Shown here piece by piece: positions 48,508 to 57,522 of a stretch of 64,000 bases of DNA. Each line of letters begins with the position of its first letter. Position 1 is the stretch's first letter. The notes below the pieces were generated by a model. That model was not told the origin of the DNA. It did no database searches and saw only the letters and a program-made list of their open reading frames with translations. Made by a program: the position numbers and the translations under genes. Source of the stretch: a virus (lineage: Duplodnaviria; Heunggongvirae; Uroviricota; Caudoviricetes); the IMG/VR virus record IMGVR_UViG_3300021963_000087, positions 1-64,000 of that record; one strand, written 5' to 3'.

Positions 48508-49130
48508 TGAAAGAATTAAGAAAACGACTAGTCGAAATAGCTTATAAGAATAAGCTAGGACACTTGGGAAGTTATTTCTCAAGCTTAGAAATTATAGATG
48601 AAATCTATTCCAGAATGGAAAAAGATGACATCTTCATTCTATCTTCAGGACATGCTGCATTAGCTTTGTACGTATGCTTAGAAAAGTATAAAGGAGTAAA
48701 TGCTGATATGCTATTTGAAAAGCATGGTGGACATCCTCACAGAGATGAGGAGAACTTTATACATTGCTCTACAGGTTCATTAGGTTTAGGTATATGTGTA
48801 GCTTTAGGTAGAGCTGTAGCTAATCCTAAGAGGGAAGTTTACGTACTAATTAGTGATGGTGAGTGTGCAGAAGGAAGTATATGGGAAGCTCTCAAAACTA
48901 TTTACGAGGAAGGTATTAGTAACATAACAGTTTATGTTAATGTGAATGGATACGCAGCTTATAAAGAAGTTGAGAAACAATACTTAGTAGATAGATTAGA
49001 ATCATTCCTACCTTCTATCAACATCAGATACACAAGCGTAGAACAGTTTCCTTTCTTAAAAGGATTGAATGCTCACTACCACGTAATGAATGAAGAAAAT
49101 TATCAAGAAGCTTTAAATATATTATCATGA
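48507..49130 (+). CDS. transketolase N-terminal (ThDP-binding) subunit
   Basis: GHLGSYFSSLEI...SSGHAALALY. Confidence 0.75.
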   Translation: MKELRKRLVEIAYKNKLGHLGSYFSSLEIIDEIYSRMEKDDIFILSSGHAALALYVCLEKYKGVNADMLFEKHGGHPHRDEENFIHCSTGSLGLGICVALGRAVANPKREVYVLISDGECAEGSIWEALKTIYEEGISNITVYVNVNGYAAYKEVEKQYLVDRLESFLPSINIRYTSVEQFPFLKGLNAHYHVMNEENYQEALNILS

Positions 49131-49603
49131 GAAGAGACTTTGCGGAATTACTTTTCCAAGAGATGGCTGTTAACGAAGACATCTTTCTTGTCACAGGAGA
49201 CCTAGGATACGGTTTGTGGGATAAGATTAGAGACACCTACCCAGATAGATTCTACAATGTAGGATCTTCTGAGATGGCTATGATGGGAATGGGTATAGGA
49301 TTAGCTATGGAAGGAAAGATTCCATATGTATATTCTATTACACCTTTTGCTATCTATAGACCTTTCGAGATGATTCGTAACTATTTGGATCATGAAAAGA
49401 TTCCAGTAAACATTATTGGTGGGGGTAGAAATAAAGACTACGGCTACTTAGGCTTTTCACATTGGTCAGAAGATGATGGTGAAATTATGTTAGCATTCGA
49501 TGATGTTGTATGCCATTGGCCAGACAGTGAAGATGATTTAAAAAAAGCATTTGAGTACAGCTTAATAAAAGAAAAAGCAACTTACATAAACTTAAAGCGA
49601 TGA
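49127..49603 (+). CDS. transketolase C-terminal (pyrimidine-binding) subunit
   Basis: Translationally coupled to the N-terminal subunit; GDLGYGLWD...GMGIGLAMEG. Confidence 0.65.
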   Translation: MRRDFAELLFQEMAVNEDIFLVTGDLGYGLWDKIRDTYPDRFYNVGSSEMAMMGMGIGLAMEGKIPYVYSITPFAIYRPFEMIRNYLDHEKIPVNIIGGGRNKDYGYLGFSHWSEDDGEIMLAFDDVVCHWPDSEDDLKKAFEYSLIKEKATYINLKR

Positions 49604-50385
49604 GAATATTAATCACAGGAGCTAACGGATACATAGGTAAAACTTTACACAATGCTCTAAGAGATATACACTACGTAACAGCTATTACTAGAAAAGAAGT
49701 AGAGTTGGCTGATGCTGCTGCTGTAGATAAGTTTTTTAAAAATTCACATTTTTTTGATGTGGTTATACACTGTGCTACAGCAGGTGCTGTTAGTCCGAGG
49801 AGTGAAGATTGGAACATAATGGATAACAATCTTAAAATGTATTATAATTTACTACAGAACAAGAGACGTTACGATAGGCTAATTCATTTTGGATCAGGTG
49901 CTGAAACTTATTTGCCAAGTACACCTTATGGTTATAGTAAGAAAGTTATTGCTAAGTCTATCTTAAACCAAGATAACTTCTACAATCTTAAGATCTTTGG
50001 AGTGTTTGATGAGAATGAATTAGATACTAGATTTATAAAAGCTAACATCCTACGTTATATTAAGAAAGAGCCAATACAAATTCACGAAAATAAGTATATG
50101 GACTTCTTCTACATGCAAGATTTAATCTCAGTAGTAAAGTATTACATTGGAGAAAAGGAACCACCTAAAGAGTTTGACTGTGTTTATGAAGAAGGGTCTC
50201 CTACTCTTACACAGTTATCTACTATGATAAACGACTTAGACGGTCATAAGGTTAAAATATTTGTTGGAAATCCAGACGGTGATTCATACACATCTAAGTA
50301 TCGTAGTCAATTACCCTATGGGTTTATAGGATTAGAGCAAGGAATCAAAAACGTATACAACAAACTTAAGAATGAAACAAATTAG
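49600..50385 (+). CDS. NAD(P)-dependent sugar reductase/epimerase (SDR)
   Basis: ILITGANGYIGKTL Rossmann motif and YGYSK. Confidence 0.6.
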   Translation: MRILITGANGYIGKTLHNALRDIHYVTAITRKEVELADAAAVDKFFKNSHFFDVVIHCATAGAVSPRSEDWNIMDNNLKMYYNLLQNKRRYDRLIHFGSGAETYLPSTPYGYSKKVIAKSILNQDNFYNLKIFGVFDENELDTRFIKANILRYIKKEPIQIHENKYMDFFYMQDLISVVKYYIGEKEPPKEFDCVYEEGSPTLTQLSTMINDLDGHKVKIFVGNPDGDSYTSKYRSQLPYGFIGLEQGIKNVYNKLKNETN

Positions 50386-51661
50386 CTTTTTAATTAACAC
50401 ATCCAATAATACTTTAGATTACGTTAAGTTATTACTCAAGTCTCTAAAAGAGAACCTAGCAGGTAAAGAGCATGAGATATTAATCTTTGTGGATTCAGAT
50501 AACGAGGGTACAGTTAATTATTTAAAAGAACAGAAGAAAGACTTCTTTGATCTTAAAATAATAACTCACAACTTAACTCCTTGTGTAGGATATTCTAGAA
50601 ACAACAACCTACTTGTTGAATTGGCTAAGCATCCTATTGTAAGCTATTTACAAAGTGATATGGTTATTAGTCCTAATTACGACTTGGATGTTCTTAGTGA
50701 ACTAGAAGAGAATTGTATATTAAGTGCAACTAGAATAGAACCTCCTTTACATGGAATGTCAGATAGAACTATTACAAAAGACTTTGGAACAGATCCAAAT
50801 GATTTTAAATGGGATGAGTTTCAAAAGTTCTCAATAGAAGCTAAGACTGACAGACAAATAGATTACTTCTTTGCACCATTTACTTTCTATAAGAATGTTT
50901 GGTTAGAAGTAGGTGGGTACGATACTTTGTTTAGAAGATCAAGAGAAGACTCAGACTTGCTTCAAAGATTTATCCAGAAAGGAGTGAAGATCAAACAAAC
51001 CTTTAAAGCAAACGTATACCATTTTAGTTGTGTAAGCTCGAGAGGAAAGAATTGGTTTGATCCTAACAGCAAAGAAGCTCAGACTAGAGTACAGATTCAA
51101 CAATATGCAGACAAAGTTGAGTTAGTTAGATTTACTAGAAAGTGGGGAAGGTTTAATCACGGAGAGCAAAAGCTAATTAGATATGATATGGATTTGCTAT
51201 GGAGAGGTGGAACTATTCAAGAACTTACTTCAATAGAACCTTACTTCACTAAGACCTGGTTACCTGGAAACCAAATCAAAGAACAACTTGAAATGTACTA
51301 TAGAACTGAACATGCATTTGCAAACCAACTTCTAAAGTTTTCAGATCTAGATTGGCAAGTAGCTAAAAAGTTCTATAACCAAGTCGACTACAGTTCTATA
51401 CACCAAATCGGTGATCCAACAGATTATAATATTTTAGTAACTGTTAGTATTCCTAGAGATGAGAAAGGAGCACTTACAGAAGAAGCATCCTTGTTCTTAC
51501 AGAATTTGGCATTTTTAAGCGATATAATCGAACAAAACGAGCCAGGGACGTATCAATTAGGGACTGCTACGATCCACATAAAAAACAAGGTTAATTTAGC
51601 AAATAACCACATTGTAGTAGAAAACCCTCCTTTTGACTACTCCCTGTTAACAATCGAATAG
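50372..51661 (+). CDS. glycosyltransferase family 2-like
   Basis: N-terminal ISFLINTSNN...VDSDNEG. Weak. Confidence 0.4.
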   Translation: MKQISFLINTSNNTLDYVKLLLKSLKENLAGKEHEILIFVDSDNEGTVNYLKEQKKDFFDLKIITHNLTPCVGYSRNNNLLVELAKHPIVSYLQSDMVISPNYDLDVLSELEENCILSATRIEPPLHGMSDRTITKDFGTDPNDFKWDEFQKFSIEAKTDRQIDYFFAPFTFYKNVWLEVGGYDTLFRRSREDSDLLQRFIQKGVKIKQTFKANVYHFSCVSSRGKNWFDPNSKEAQTRVQIQQYADKVELVRFTRKWGRFNHGEQKLIRYDMDLLWRGGTIQELTSIEPYFTKTWLPGNQIKEQLEMYYRTEHAFANQLLKFSDLDWQVAKKFYNQVDYSSIHQIGDPTDYNILVTVSIPRDEKGALTEEASLFLQNLAFLSDIIEQNEPGTYQLGTATIHIKNKVNLANNHIVVENPPFDYSLLTIE

Positions 51662-51673
51662 ATATTTATATAC

Positions 51674-52438
51674 ATGCGTAGTATAATAGAATTATTAGAA
51701 GCTGATGGTGTGGTTCCTGACACAAAGTTCAAGAAGCAGATTGAGAAAGCTACAAAGTATTTAGACACCAAGAAGAAAGTATTATTTCTAACTACTTCAA
51801 ACAGAAGCGCTTATCACGTAAATGAGCTTGGGGAAGAACCTAAATCAACTAGGATTGCTCGCAAGATGCAAGAAGCTTTAGGTGCTCACAAGTGTACTTT
51901 GGTTGAGATTCCCAAGCTTAAGATCTATAACTGTGAAGGAAATGTTTCTGCTAAGGATGGTAATAACTGTGGAGTTAGAGCTGCGAAGTTAAAAGATCCA
52001 GAAAAGAATCCCACAGGTCAACTTAGATGTTGGGCTTCATATAACAATGAGGATGATGAGCTTTGGAAAGTAGTTACACCTTTATTGGAATCAGATGCAG
52101 TAGTATTCTTTGGTTCAGTTAGATGGGGACAAGCTAATGCTTACTACCAAAAGTTGATTGAGAGATTAGATTGGATTGAGAATAGATGGACTACTTTGGG
52201 TGAGAGAAATATTATAGAAGGGATTGAGTCTGGATTTATATTCATTGGACAGAACTGGAATGGAAGTAATGTGGTTAAGTTACAGAAGCAAGTGCATGAG
52301 TTCTATGGATTTAAACCAGCAGATGAACTATACTTCAATTGGCAATATACAGAAGATGTTGAAGATGAATCTAAAGACAGTTACAAAGACGCAGCTACAG
52401 CGTTAGATAACATTTTTGACATTAGAGACTTATTATGA
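51674..52438 (+). CDS. hypothetical protein
   Basis: ORF in array. Confidence 0.4.
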   Translation: MRSIIELLEADGVVPDTKFKKQIEKATKYLDTKKKVLFLTTSNRSAYHVNELGEEPKSTRIARKMQEALGAHKCTLVEIPKLKIYNCEGNVSAKDGNNCGVRAAKLKDPEKNPTGQLRCWASYNNEDDELWKVVTPLLESDAVVFFGSVRWGQANAYYQKLIERLDWIENRWTTLGERNIIEGIESGFIFIGQNWNGSNVVKLQKQVHEFYGFKPADELYFNWQYTEDVEDESKDSYKDAATALDNIFDIRDLL

Positions 52439-53073
52439 TTACATTAACAGCTAATCAATTTTACAATAACAAAACTTGGCATATTCCTTTAGAGTACGAT
52501 GTACCAGTTCCTATCCAACATCCAGAATGGATTAACATATTTGATCAAAATGGATATAGACTTACAAAGCTAGAATCCTACTATGCAGGAGCTAACAACC
52601 ATGCATTTGTAAGACATGGACATGAAATGTGTCTAAGACAAGATTGGTTTACAGAAGAAAAAATATTAACAGGTCCGCATCTAAACCATGCTTTCTTATT
52701 TGAGAGAAAAGGATATAGTGAAGAAGCTTTACACCAACTAAAAGATTTTGCAAAGCAGAATAACTTAGTAAATAAGCTCGTAAACTATAAAGGTAAATGG
52801 GGAGTTGACTTTAGTATGGACTATGTGGATGACAAGGGAAACTCAATGGAACTCCTTCATTTTGAATATGATAGCTATAGCCTAAGTGAGATTAAAGAGA
52901 TTAAAGAGATAGTAGAAGAGAAGGTAAGTATTGTAGATTGGGATTGGGCAGCACAAATTATAATGGAGAAGAAGTATGAATGGATTGAGCTAGACTTTTT
53001 TGAACAGTCTAAATGGAAAACAGATTACTTTGGCCTTCCAGCAGAGAGATTTAAAATGCTGGCTTGGGATTAA
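52435..53073 (+). CDS. hypothetical protein
   Basis: ORF in array. Confidence 0.4.
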   Translation: MITLTANQFYNNKTWHIPLEYDVPVPIQHPEWINIFDQNGYRLTKLESYYAGANNHAFVRHGHEMCLRQDWFTEEKILTGPHLNHAFLFERKGYSEEALHQLKDFAKQNNLVNKLVNYKGKWGVDFSMDYVDDKGNSMELLHFEYDSYSLSEIKEIKEIVEEKVSIVDWDWAAQIIMEKKYEWIELDFFEQSKWKTDYFGLPAERFKMLAWD

Positions 53074-53117
53074 GAGATTAATTTGAAATGAATGATATTT
53101 ATTACAAATAAGTATCA

Positions 53118-53678
53118 ATGAATTATAGAAAGGTTTGGACAGATGTATGGGGTCCTATTCCGAAAGATGAGAAAGGTAGAAGCTATGAAATTCATCACAT
53201 AGATGGAAACAGAGAAAACAATAACTTAGAAAACTTAATGTGTTTAAGTATCAAGGAACACTTTGAAAAACATTTAGAACAGGGAGATATTGCAGCAGCT
53301 CATAGGATAGGTCAGAGGTTAGAACTTGATCCTGAATATTTGAGAAAATTAAATAAAGAGAAGAGTTTAGGTAAAAAAAGACCTAAAGAGGTTTGTGAAA
53401 AGATATCAAGAGGACTTACTGGAAGAAAGAGATCAAAAGCAGAAAAGCTTTCTATTTCTAAAGGTAAAAAGGGAAAATCAAATGGACACGAAGGTCTTAA
53501 GTATTCAGATGAAACTAGAAAAAAGCAAAGTGAAGCAAGTAAGCATAAATGCCTACACGTAGAGTCTGGTCAGGTTTTTGATTCGGTTTCTGCTGCATCA
53601 AAAGCTTTTGAATACTGCTACAGTACTTTCTACTTGAGATTTAGAAAAGGAGAGTTTCAGAAGTTACGCCACATTTAA
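53118..53678 (+). CDS. HNH homing endonuclease
   Basis: YEIHHIDGNRENNNLENLMCLSIKEHFEKH. Confidence 0.65.
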   Translation: MNYRKVWTDVWGPIPKDEKGRSYEIHHIDGNRENNNLENLMCLSIKEHFEKHLEQGDIAAAHRIGQRLELDPEYLRKLNKEKSLGKKRPKEVCEKISRGLTGRKRSKAEKLSISKGKKGKSNGHEGLKYSDETRKKQSEASKHKCLHVESGQVFDSVSAASKAFEYCYSTFYLRFRKGEFQKLRHI

Positions 53679-53691
53679 ACTATTTATTAGT

Positions 53692-54162
53692 ATGATAAAC
53701 TTAGAAAACCTATTAAACGAAGCCTTACCAGCCCTTATTCCAGAATATCCTGTGAACATTGCTGGCCATTCCTTAAAGCTTAGATTTGACGTAAATGTAA
53801 ACAAAACTAAGAAAGGCATTAAGTTGCAGTTTGTATTGGATCAAGTACCAACAGATCCAAGAGAGCTACAGAACTTAGCTAATGAGATTGGTGCTGACTT
53901 ACAAGAGAAGTTTGGAGCTGCAAACCTACAAGTTATATATGATGTAGAAAATCCATATAAGAATGTTGTAGGATTCTTACTTCCACTTCCTTCAGTAGCA
54001 AACTTTATCATGACTACAGTATTACAAGGTGAAGATACTAAACCAGAAGTACCTGGACCAGAAGGAGAAGAAGCTCCTGAAACAGAACAGCTACCTGCAC
54101 AAGAGGAGCCACCAGCAGAAGAGCCTATCAGAGAGAGAATGAAACGTATTGCTGGAATTTAA
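53692..54162 (+). CDS. hypothetical protein (acidic Pro/Glu-rich C-terminus)
   Basis: ORF in array. Confidence 0.4.
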   Translation: MINLENLLNEALPALIPEYPVNIAGHSLKLRFDVNVNKTKKGIKLQFVLDQVPTDPRELQNLANEIGADLQEKFGAANLQVIYDVENPYKNVVGFLLPLPSVANFIMTTVLQGEDTKPEVPGPEGEEAPETEQLPAQEEPPAEEPIRERMKRIAGI

Positions 54163-54176
54163 AAACAAAAACGGTT

Positions 54177-54557
54177 ATGCCATCCAAAAGAATAATACCA
54201 CGAGCTTTATTCGAACCCTTTTCGGGGTTGCAGACGTCTGATCTTTTGAAGAATGAGACGTTGCTTTCTTTAATAAGAGACGAAACTCCTAATGCCATTG
54301 AAGAGGCATTTAGATCTAGAAAAACTTTCGCAACTATTTTTGAAGTAAATACAACAGGATACTATTTAGATATTCCTAAGATGTATTGGGTTGATGCATT
54401 ACAAGAATGTATAAAGCTAAACATATCAGAAGATCGCTTTGAAGAATGTATGAAGCTTACAAAGTTAATTGAGGACATTAAGAAAGCACCCAAGAAACCT
54501 ATAAAAGTAAATCAGAATGGAGAGAGAGTTAACGGAGATACAACAAGCCATAAATAA
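54177..54557 (+). CDS. hypothetical protein
   Basis: ORF in array. Confidence 0.35.
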   Translation: MPSKRIIPRALFEPFSGLQTSDLLKNETLLSLIRDETPNAIEEAFRSRKTFATIFEVNTTGYYLDIPKMYWVDALQECIKLNISEDRFEECMKLTKLIEDIKKAPKKPIKVNQNGERVNGDTTSHK

Positions 54558-54924
54558 TATACTTAATGTAAAAAGCTACGTGAGGAGGAAAAAGAAATCC
54601 CAATCAGAAAAACGAAGAGAGCTTTTTATTTCAATTGTTAATTCAATAGAACAAATTGTTACTAGGCAGAACATGATGTATCTGGATCTACAGCTAGACT
54701 TTACGAAGTACGACGAACCTTTCTTAGATACCATCGATGCTCTTATAATATTCTACTTTGGTAAAGAAGGAGCAGAGCTTATTAGTTGGTATCTATGGGA
54801 AAGACTAAATCCAGATGGTACTATGAACCCACTCATGGATGAAGAAGGTAGAGAAGTTCCTATAAACAATGCTGCAGAATTATGGTCAGTCTTAGTAGCC
54901 ATAAATCCTAAATACGATGAGTAA
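54517..54924 (+). CDS. hypothetical protein
   Basis: ORF in array. Confidence 0.35.
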   Translation: MERELTEIQQAINNILNVKSYVRRKKKSQSEKRRELFISIVNSIEQIVTRQNMMYLDLQLDFTKYDEPFLDTIDALIIFYFGKEGAELISWYLWERLNPDGTMNPLMDEEGREVPINNAAELWSVLVAINPKYDE

Positions 54925-55579
54925 GAATAAAGGAGGAAGACCACCTAGAACATTTTCCGAAGCAGTAATTAGAAATGCCATGAAGGCAACACAGTCTAAC
55001 TTTCAAGCTGCTAGATATCTCAATACTACAATAGAGACTTACAGAAAGTATGCTATGCTATACATAGACCAGGAGACTGGTAAGAATTTGTATGAGCTCC
55101 ATAAGAATATTTTTGGAAAAGGAATCAAGAAGATAAGTTGGAAGAATGAAATATCTCTACAGAAGATAGATGAGATTCTTAGTAGAGATGCTTACAGAGC
55201 TGTTGATGCTCAGAAGCTAAAGGATAGATTAATTTACGAAGGTAAGCTTAGATCAGAATGTTATAGATGTGGACATCATGAGAAGAGGGTAGTTGATTAT
55301 AAACAACCCATCCTTTTAAATTTTAAAGATGGAAATAGAAACAATTGGAAGTTTGAGAATTTAGAAATGCTTTGTTACAATTGCTACTTCCTACTTGTTG
55401 GTAATTTATTTTCAGACAAACAGATTAAGAGATTAGAAGATATGGCTGCACCTCCTCTTAAAGTATCCGAAGTTGATTGGGAGATAGATGATACTTTCTT
55501 AGCTCACTTTAAAGAGATAGGATTAGAGGATACAGATGACTACGAAGAGGGAGATGAATTTATTTCTAAATTAAAATAA
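54917..55579 (+). CDS. HNH-like endonuclease candidate
   Basis: CYRCGHHEKR...DGNRNNWKFENLEMLCYNC. Confidence 0.45.
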   Translation: MSKNKGGRPPRTFSEAVIRNAMKATQSNFQAARYLNTTIETYRKYAMLYIDQETGKNLYELHKNIFGKGIKKISWKNEISLQKIDEILSRDAYRAVDAQKLKDRLIYEGKLRSECYRCGHHEKRVVDYKQPILLNFKDGNRNNWKFENLEMLCYNCYFLLVGNLFSDKQIKRLEDMAAPPLKVSEVDWEIDDTFLAHFKEIGLEDTDDYEEGDEFISKLK

Positions 55580-55598
55580 AAAATATTAACTTTATTAT

Positions 55599-55775
55599 AT
55601 GCTAAAGGAAATGGATAAAACTGAGCTTGAAGCCATAGATCAAATACTTGATGTGGTGATGGAAGAGGGTTTAGAAGTGGAATGTATATACTGGGCATTG
55701 AAGACAATGCAGCAGGATCCAAAATTAACTCCCGCTCAAGCTTTTGCTTTAGGCATGGCTGAATGGGTCAAGTAG
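55599..55775 (+). CDS. small hypothetical protein
   Basis: 58 aa ORF, below the track cutoff. Confidence 0.25.
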   Translation: MLKEMDKTELEAIDQILDVVMEEGLEVECIYWALKTMQQDPKLTPAQAFALGMAEWVK

Positions 55776-55788
55776 ATATTTATTACCA

Positions 55789-56010
55789 ATGACAAGAAAC
55801 ACTGTATACGAGTTTATAGACACGCTAGCTGAGCAACATATTCCAGAAGGAAGGCATAAGTTACTGCATGTTGATTCAAGAAAGGCTTGGATAGAGTTGA
55901 TGAATGCATTAGTTGAAAGAGGTTTAGTAGCTAAGAAACTAGCTGTACTAAAGAAGTGTGCTCTTAATTGGGAACTTCTACTTATTCAAAAAATCAGTAT
56001 TCAAAATTAA
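55789..56010 (+). CDS. hypothetical protein
   Basis: ORF in array. Confidence 0.35.
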   Translation: MTRNTVYEFIDTLAEQHIPEGRHKLLHVDSRKAWIELMNALVERGLVAKKLAVLKKCALNWELLLIQKISIQN

Positions 56011-56016
56011 TTCAAG

Positions 56017-56337
56017 ATGTTCCTAGAGATAGACATAGTATCAACTCAATCAGTTTTCATGCAGTATGGGGTCCTGGGTGTAGTATCCTTTGTACTTGGA
56101 TACTTTGCATGGCATTCGTATAAAAGATTGTTAGAAGAAAATGATGCTCTTGAAGCAAAAGTAGATCACTTACAAAGTGAGATGACAAGATTACTTATAG
56201 AAGAAAGAAATAGAATGTCAGACATCATAGCAGAGAACACAAAAGCTATTCATGATTTGAGAACTATTATTATTAATACTCTAATAGAAAAAGAACGTGG
56301 CACTAAAACAACTAGGACTAGGAAAAGCAGCCAATAA
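56017..56337 (+). CDS. membrane-anchored coiled-coil protein
   Basis: N-terminal TM helix. Confidence 0.35.
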   Translation: MFLEIDIVSTQSVFMQYGVLGVVSFVLGYFAWHSYKRLLEENDALEAKVDHLQSEMTRLLIEERNRMSDIIAENTKAIHDLRTIIINTLIEKERGTKTTRTRKSSQ

Positions 56338-56584
56338 GATAGTAGATCGTTTAGAAAGTTTTGATAAACTTAAACAGGTTGCTAATAAAAATAACTATCC
56401 ACAAAAGATTAAAAAATTATTTGAAAGACTAACCGAAGAAAGAAATTTCTGGTCACGAAAAGGGAGCAGTCCTCGGTTGTTAGATCTTGAAAAAGATCTT
56501 AATTTTATTTTAAGTCAGGTAGGAGAAGAAAGAATTGATAAAGCTAGAGTAGATCTTCTCATACAAAAGTATCCGATCAACTAG
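56297..56584 (+). CDS. hypothetical protein
   Basis: ORF in array. Confidence 0.35.
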   Translation: MALKQLGLGKAANKIVDRLESFDKLKQVANKNNYPQKIKKLFERLTEERNFWSRKGSSPRLLDLEKDLNFILSQVGEERIDKARVDLLIQKYPIN

Positions 56585-56587
56585 TTT

Positions 56588-56776
56588 ATGGCTTTAGTAA
56601 AGCAAGAAACTCCAAGAAAGTTTATTCAAGAATTTAAAGACGAGAAAGGTAAGGTAGTAGCAAGATGGCACTACGATAAGGATAAGTTTCCCTACGGTCC
56701 TATCTTATGTGAAAATTTTGACTTACCTCAAAAAGAAAAAAAGAAAAAGAAAAAAGGTTATGAGCAAGTATTGTAA
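56588..56776 (+). CDS. hypothetical protein with Lys-rich tail
   Basis: ORF in array. Confidence 0.35.
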   Translation: MALVKQETPRKFIQEFKDEKGKVVARWHYDKDKFPYGPILCENFDLPQKEKKKKKKGYEQVL

Positions 56777-56972
56777 AATCTGTCAGACAGAAATCCCAAA
56801 GAGGAGAGTGGAATTAGGATACACGGAAACTTGTGTAGAGCATTCAAACGTATATAGGTATACTGGATTTGTAGCTGCAGCAGGTAAAACTGATTACGAA
56901 GTATCAATTATCCGAGATGAAGAAACAGCCCAGCATATGGAATTATTAGCAATGACAAGAGGAGTATTCTAA
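56760..56972 (+). CDS. zinc-finger protein (CxxC...C..H)
   Basis: Start at the internal Met (MSKYCKIC); the track ORF begins at 56709 inside the A-rich tract. Confidence 0.4.
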   Translation: MSKYCKICQTEIPKRRVELGYTETCVEHSNVYRYTGFVAAAGKTDYEVSIIRDEETAQHMELLAMTRGVF

Positions 56973-57493
56973 TGTATAAGATAAAAAGATTTTTCAAACG
57001 TTTCTATAATTTATATAGATGGCTACCAATCATTTGGAATGACCAAGATTGGGATACTAGCTACATTTGGGAAATCTGGATGACTAAGTTAAAGCACCAA
57101 GCAGACTACATGGCTAAGAGAGGTCACCATGTTAACAATGACCGTGATGCACAAAGAATGATGACTTGTGTTAGATTGATGGAGAGGATTCAAAATGAGT
57201 ATTACTTAAGTGAACCACACACCTACCACGAAACTAAATGGAACTGGGATGACTACGAAAAGAGTGATAGTGAGTTCTTCGAATTAAAATCGGAGACTAT
57301 ATCGGAACACTTTAAGGATTACTTTAAGAAGTATCCTTTGGTACACAAGAAAGTAAAAGAAGGTGGAAGATGTGGCTTTATCAGAAGCAAGAAAGAAGGA
57401 ATGGCTTTTGCAATAGCACATGAAAACCACAAGAGAGCTTTAAAACTTCTATTCAAATTACTAGAAAACCATATTCAAGAGTGGTGGGATTAG
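56972..57493 (+). CDS. hypothetical protein
   Basis: ORF in array. Confidence 0.4.
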   Translation: MYKIKRFFKRFYNLYRWLPIIWNDQDWDTSYIWEIWMTKLKHQADYMAKRGHHVNNDRDAQRMMTCVRLMERIQNEYYLSEPHTYHETKWNWDDYEKSDSEFFELKSETISEHFKDYFKKYPLVHKKVKEGGRCGFIRSKKEGMAFAIAHENHKRALKLLFKLLENHIQEWWD

Positions 57494-57522
57494 TACAATT
57501 TACAACTATTTATAAGAAATAA

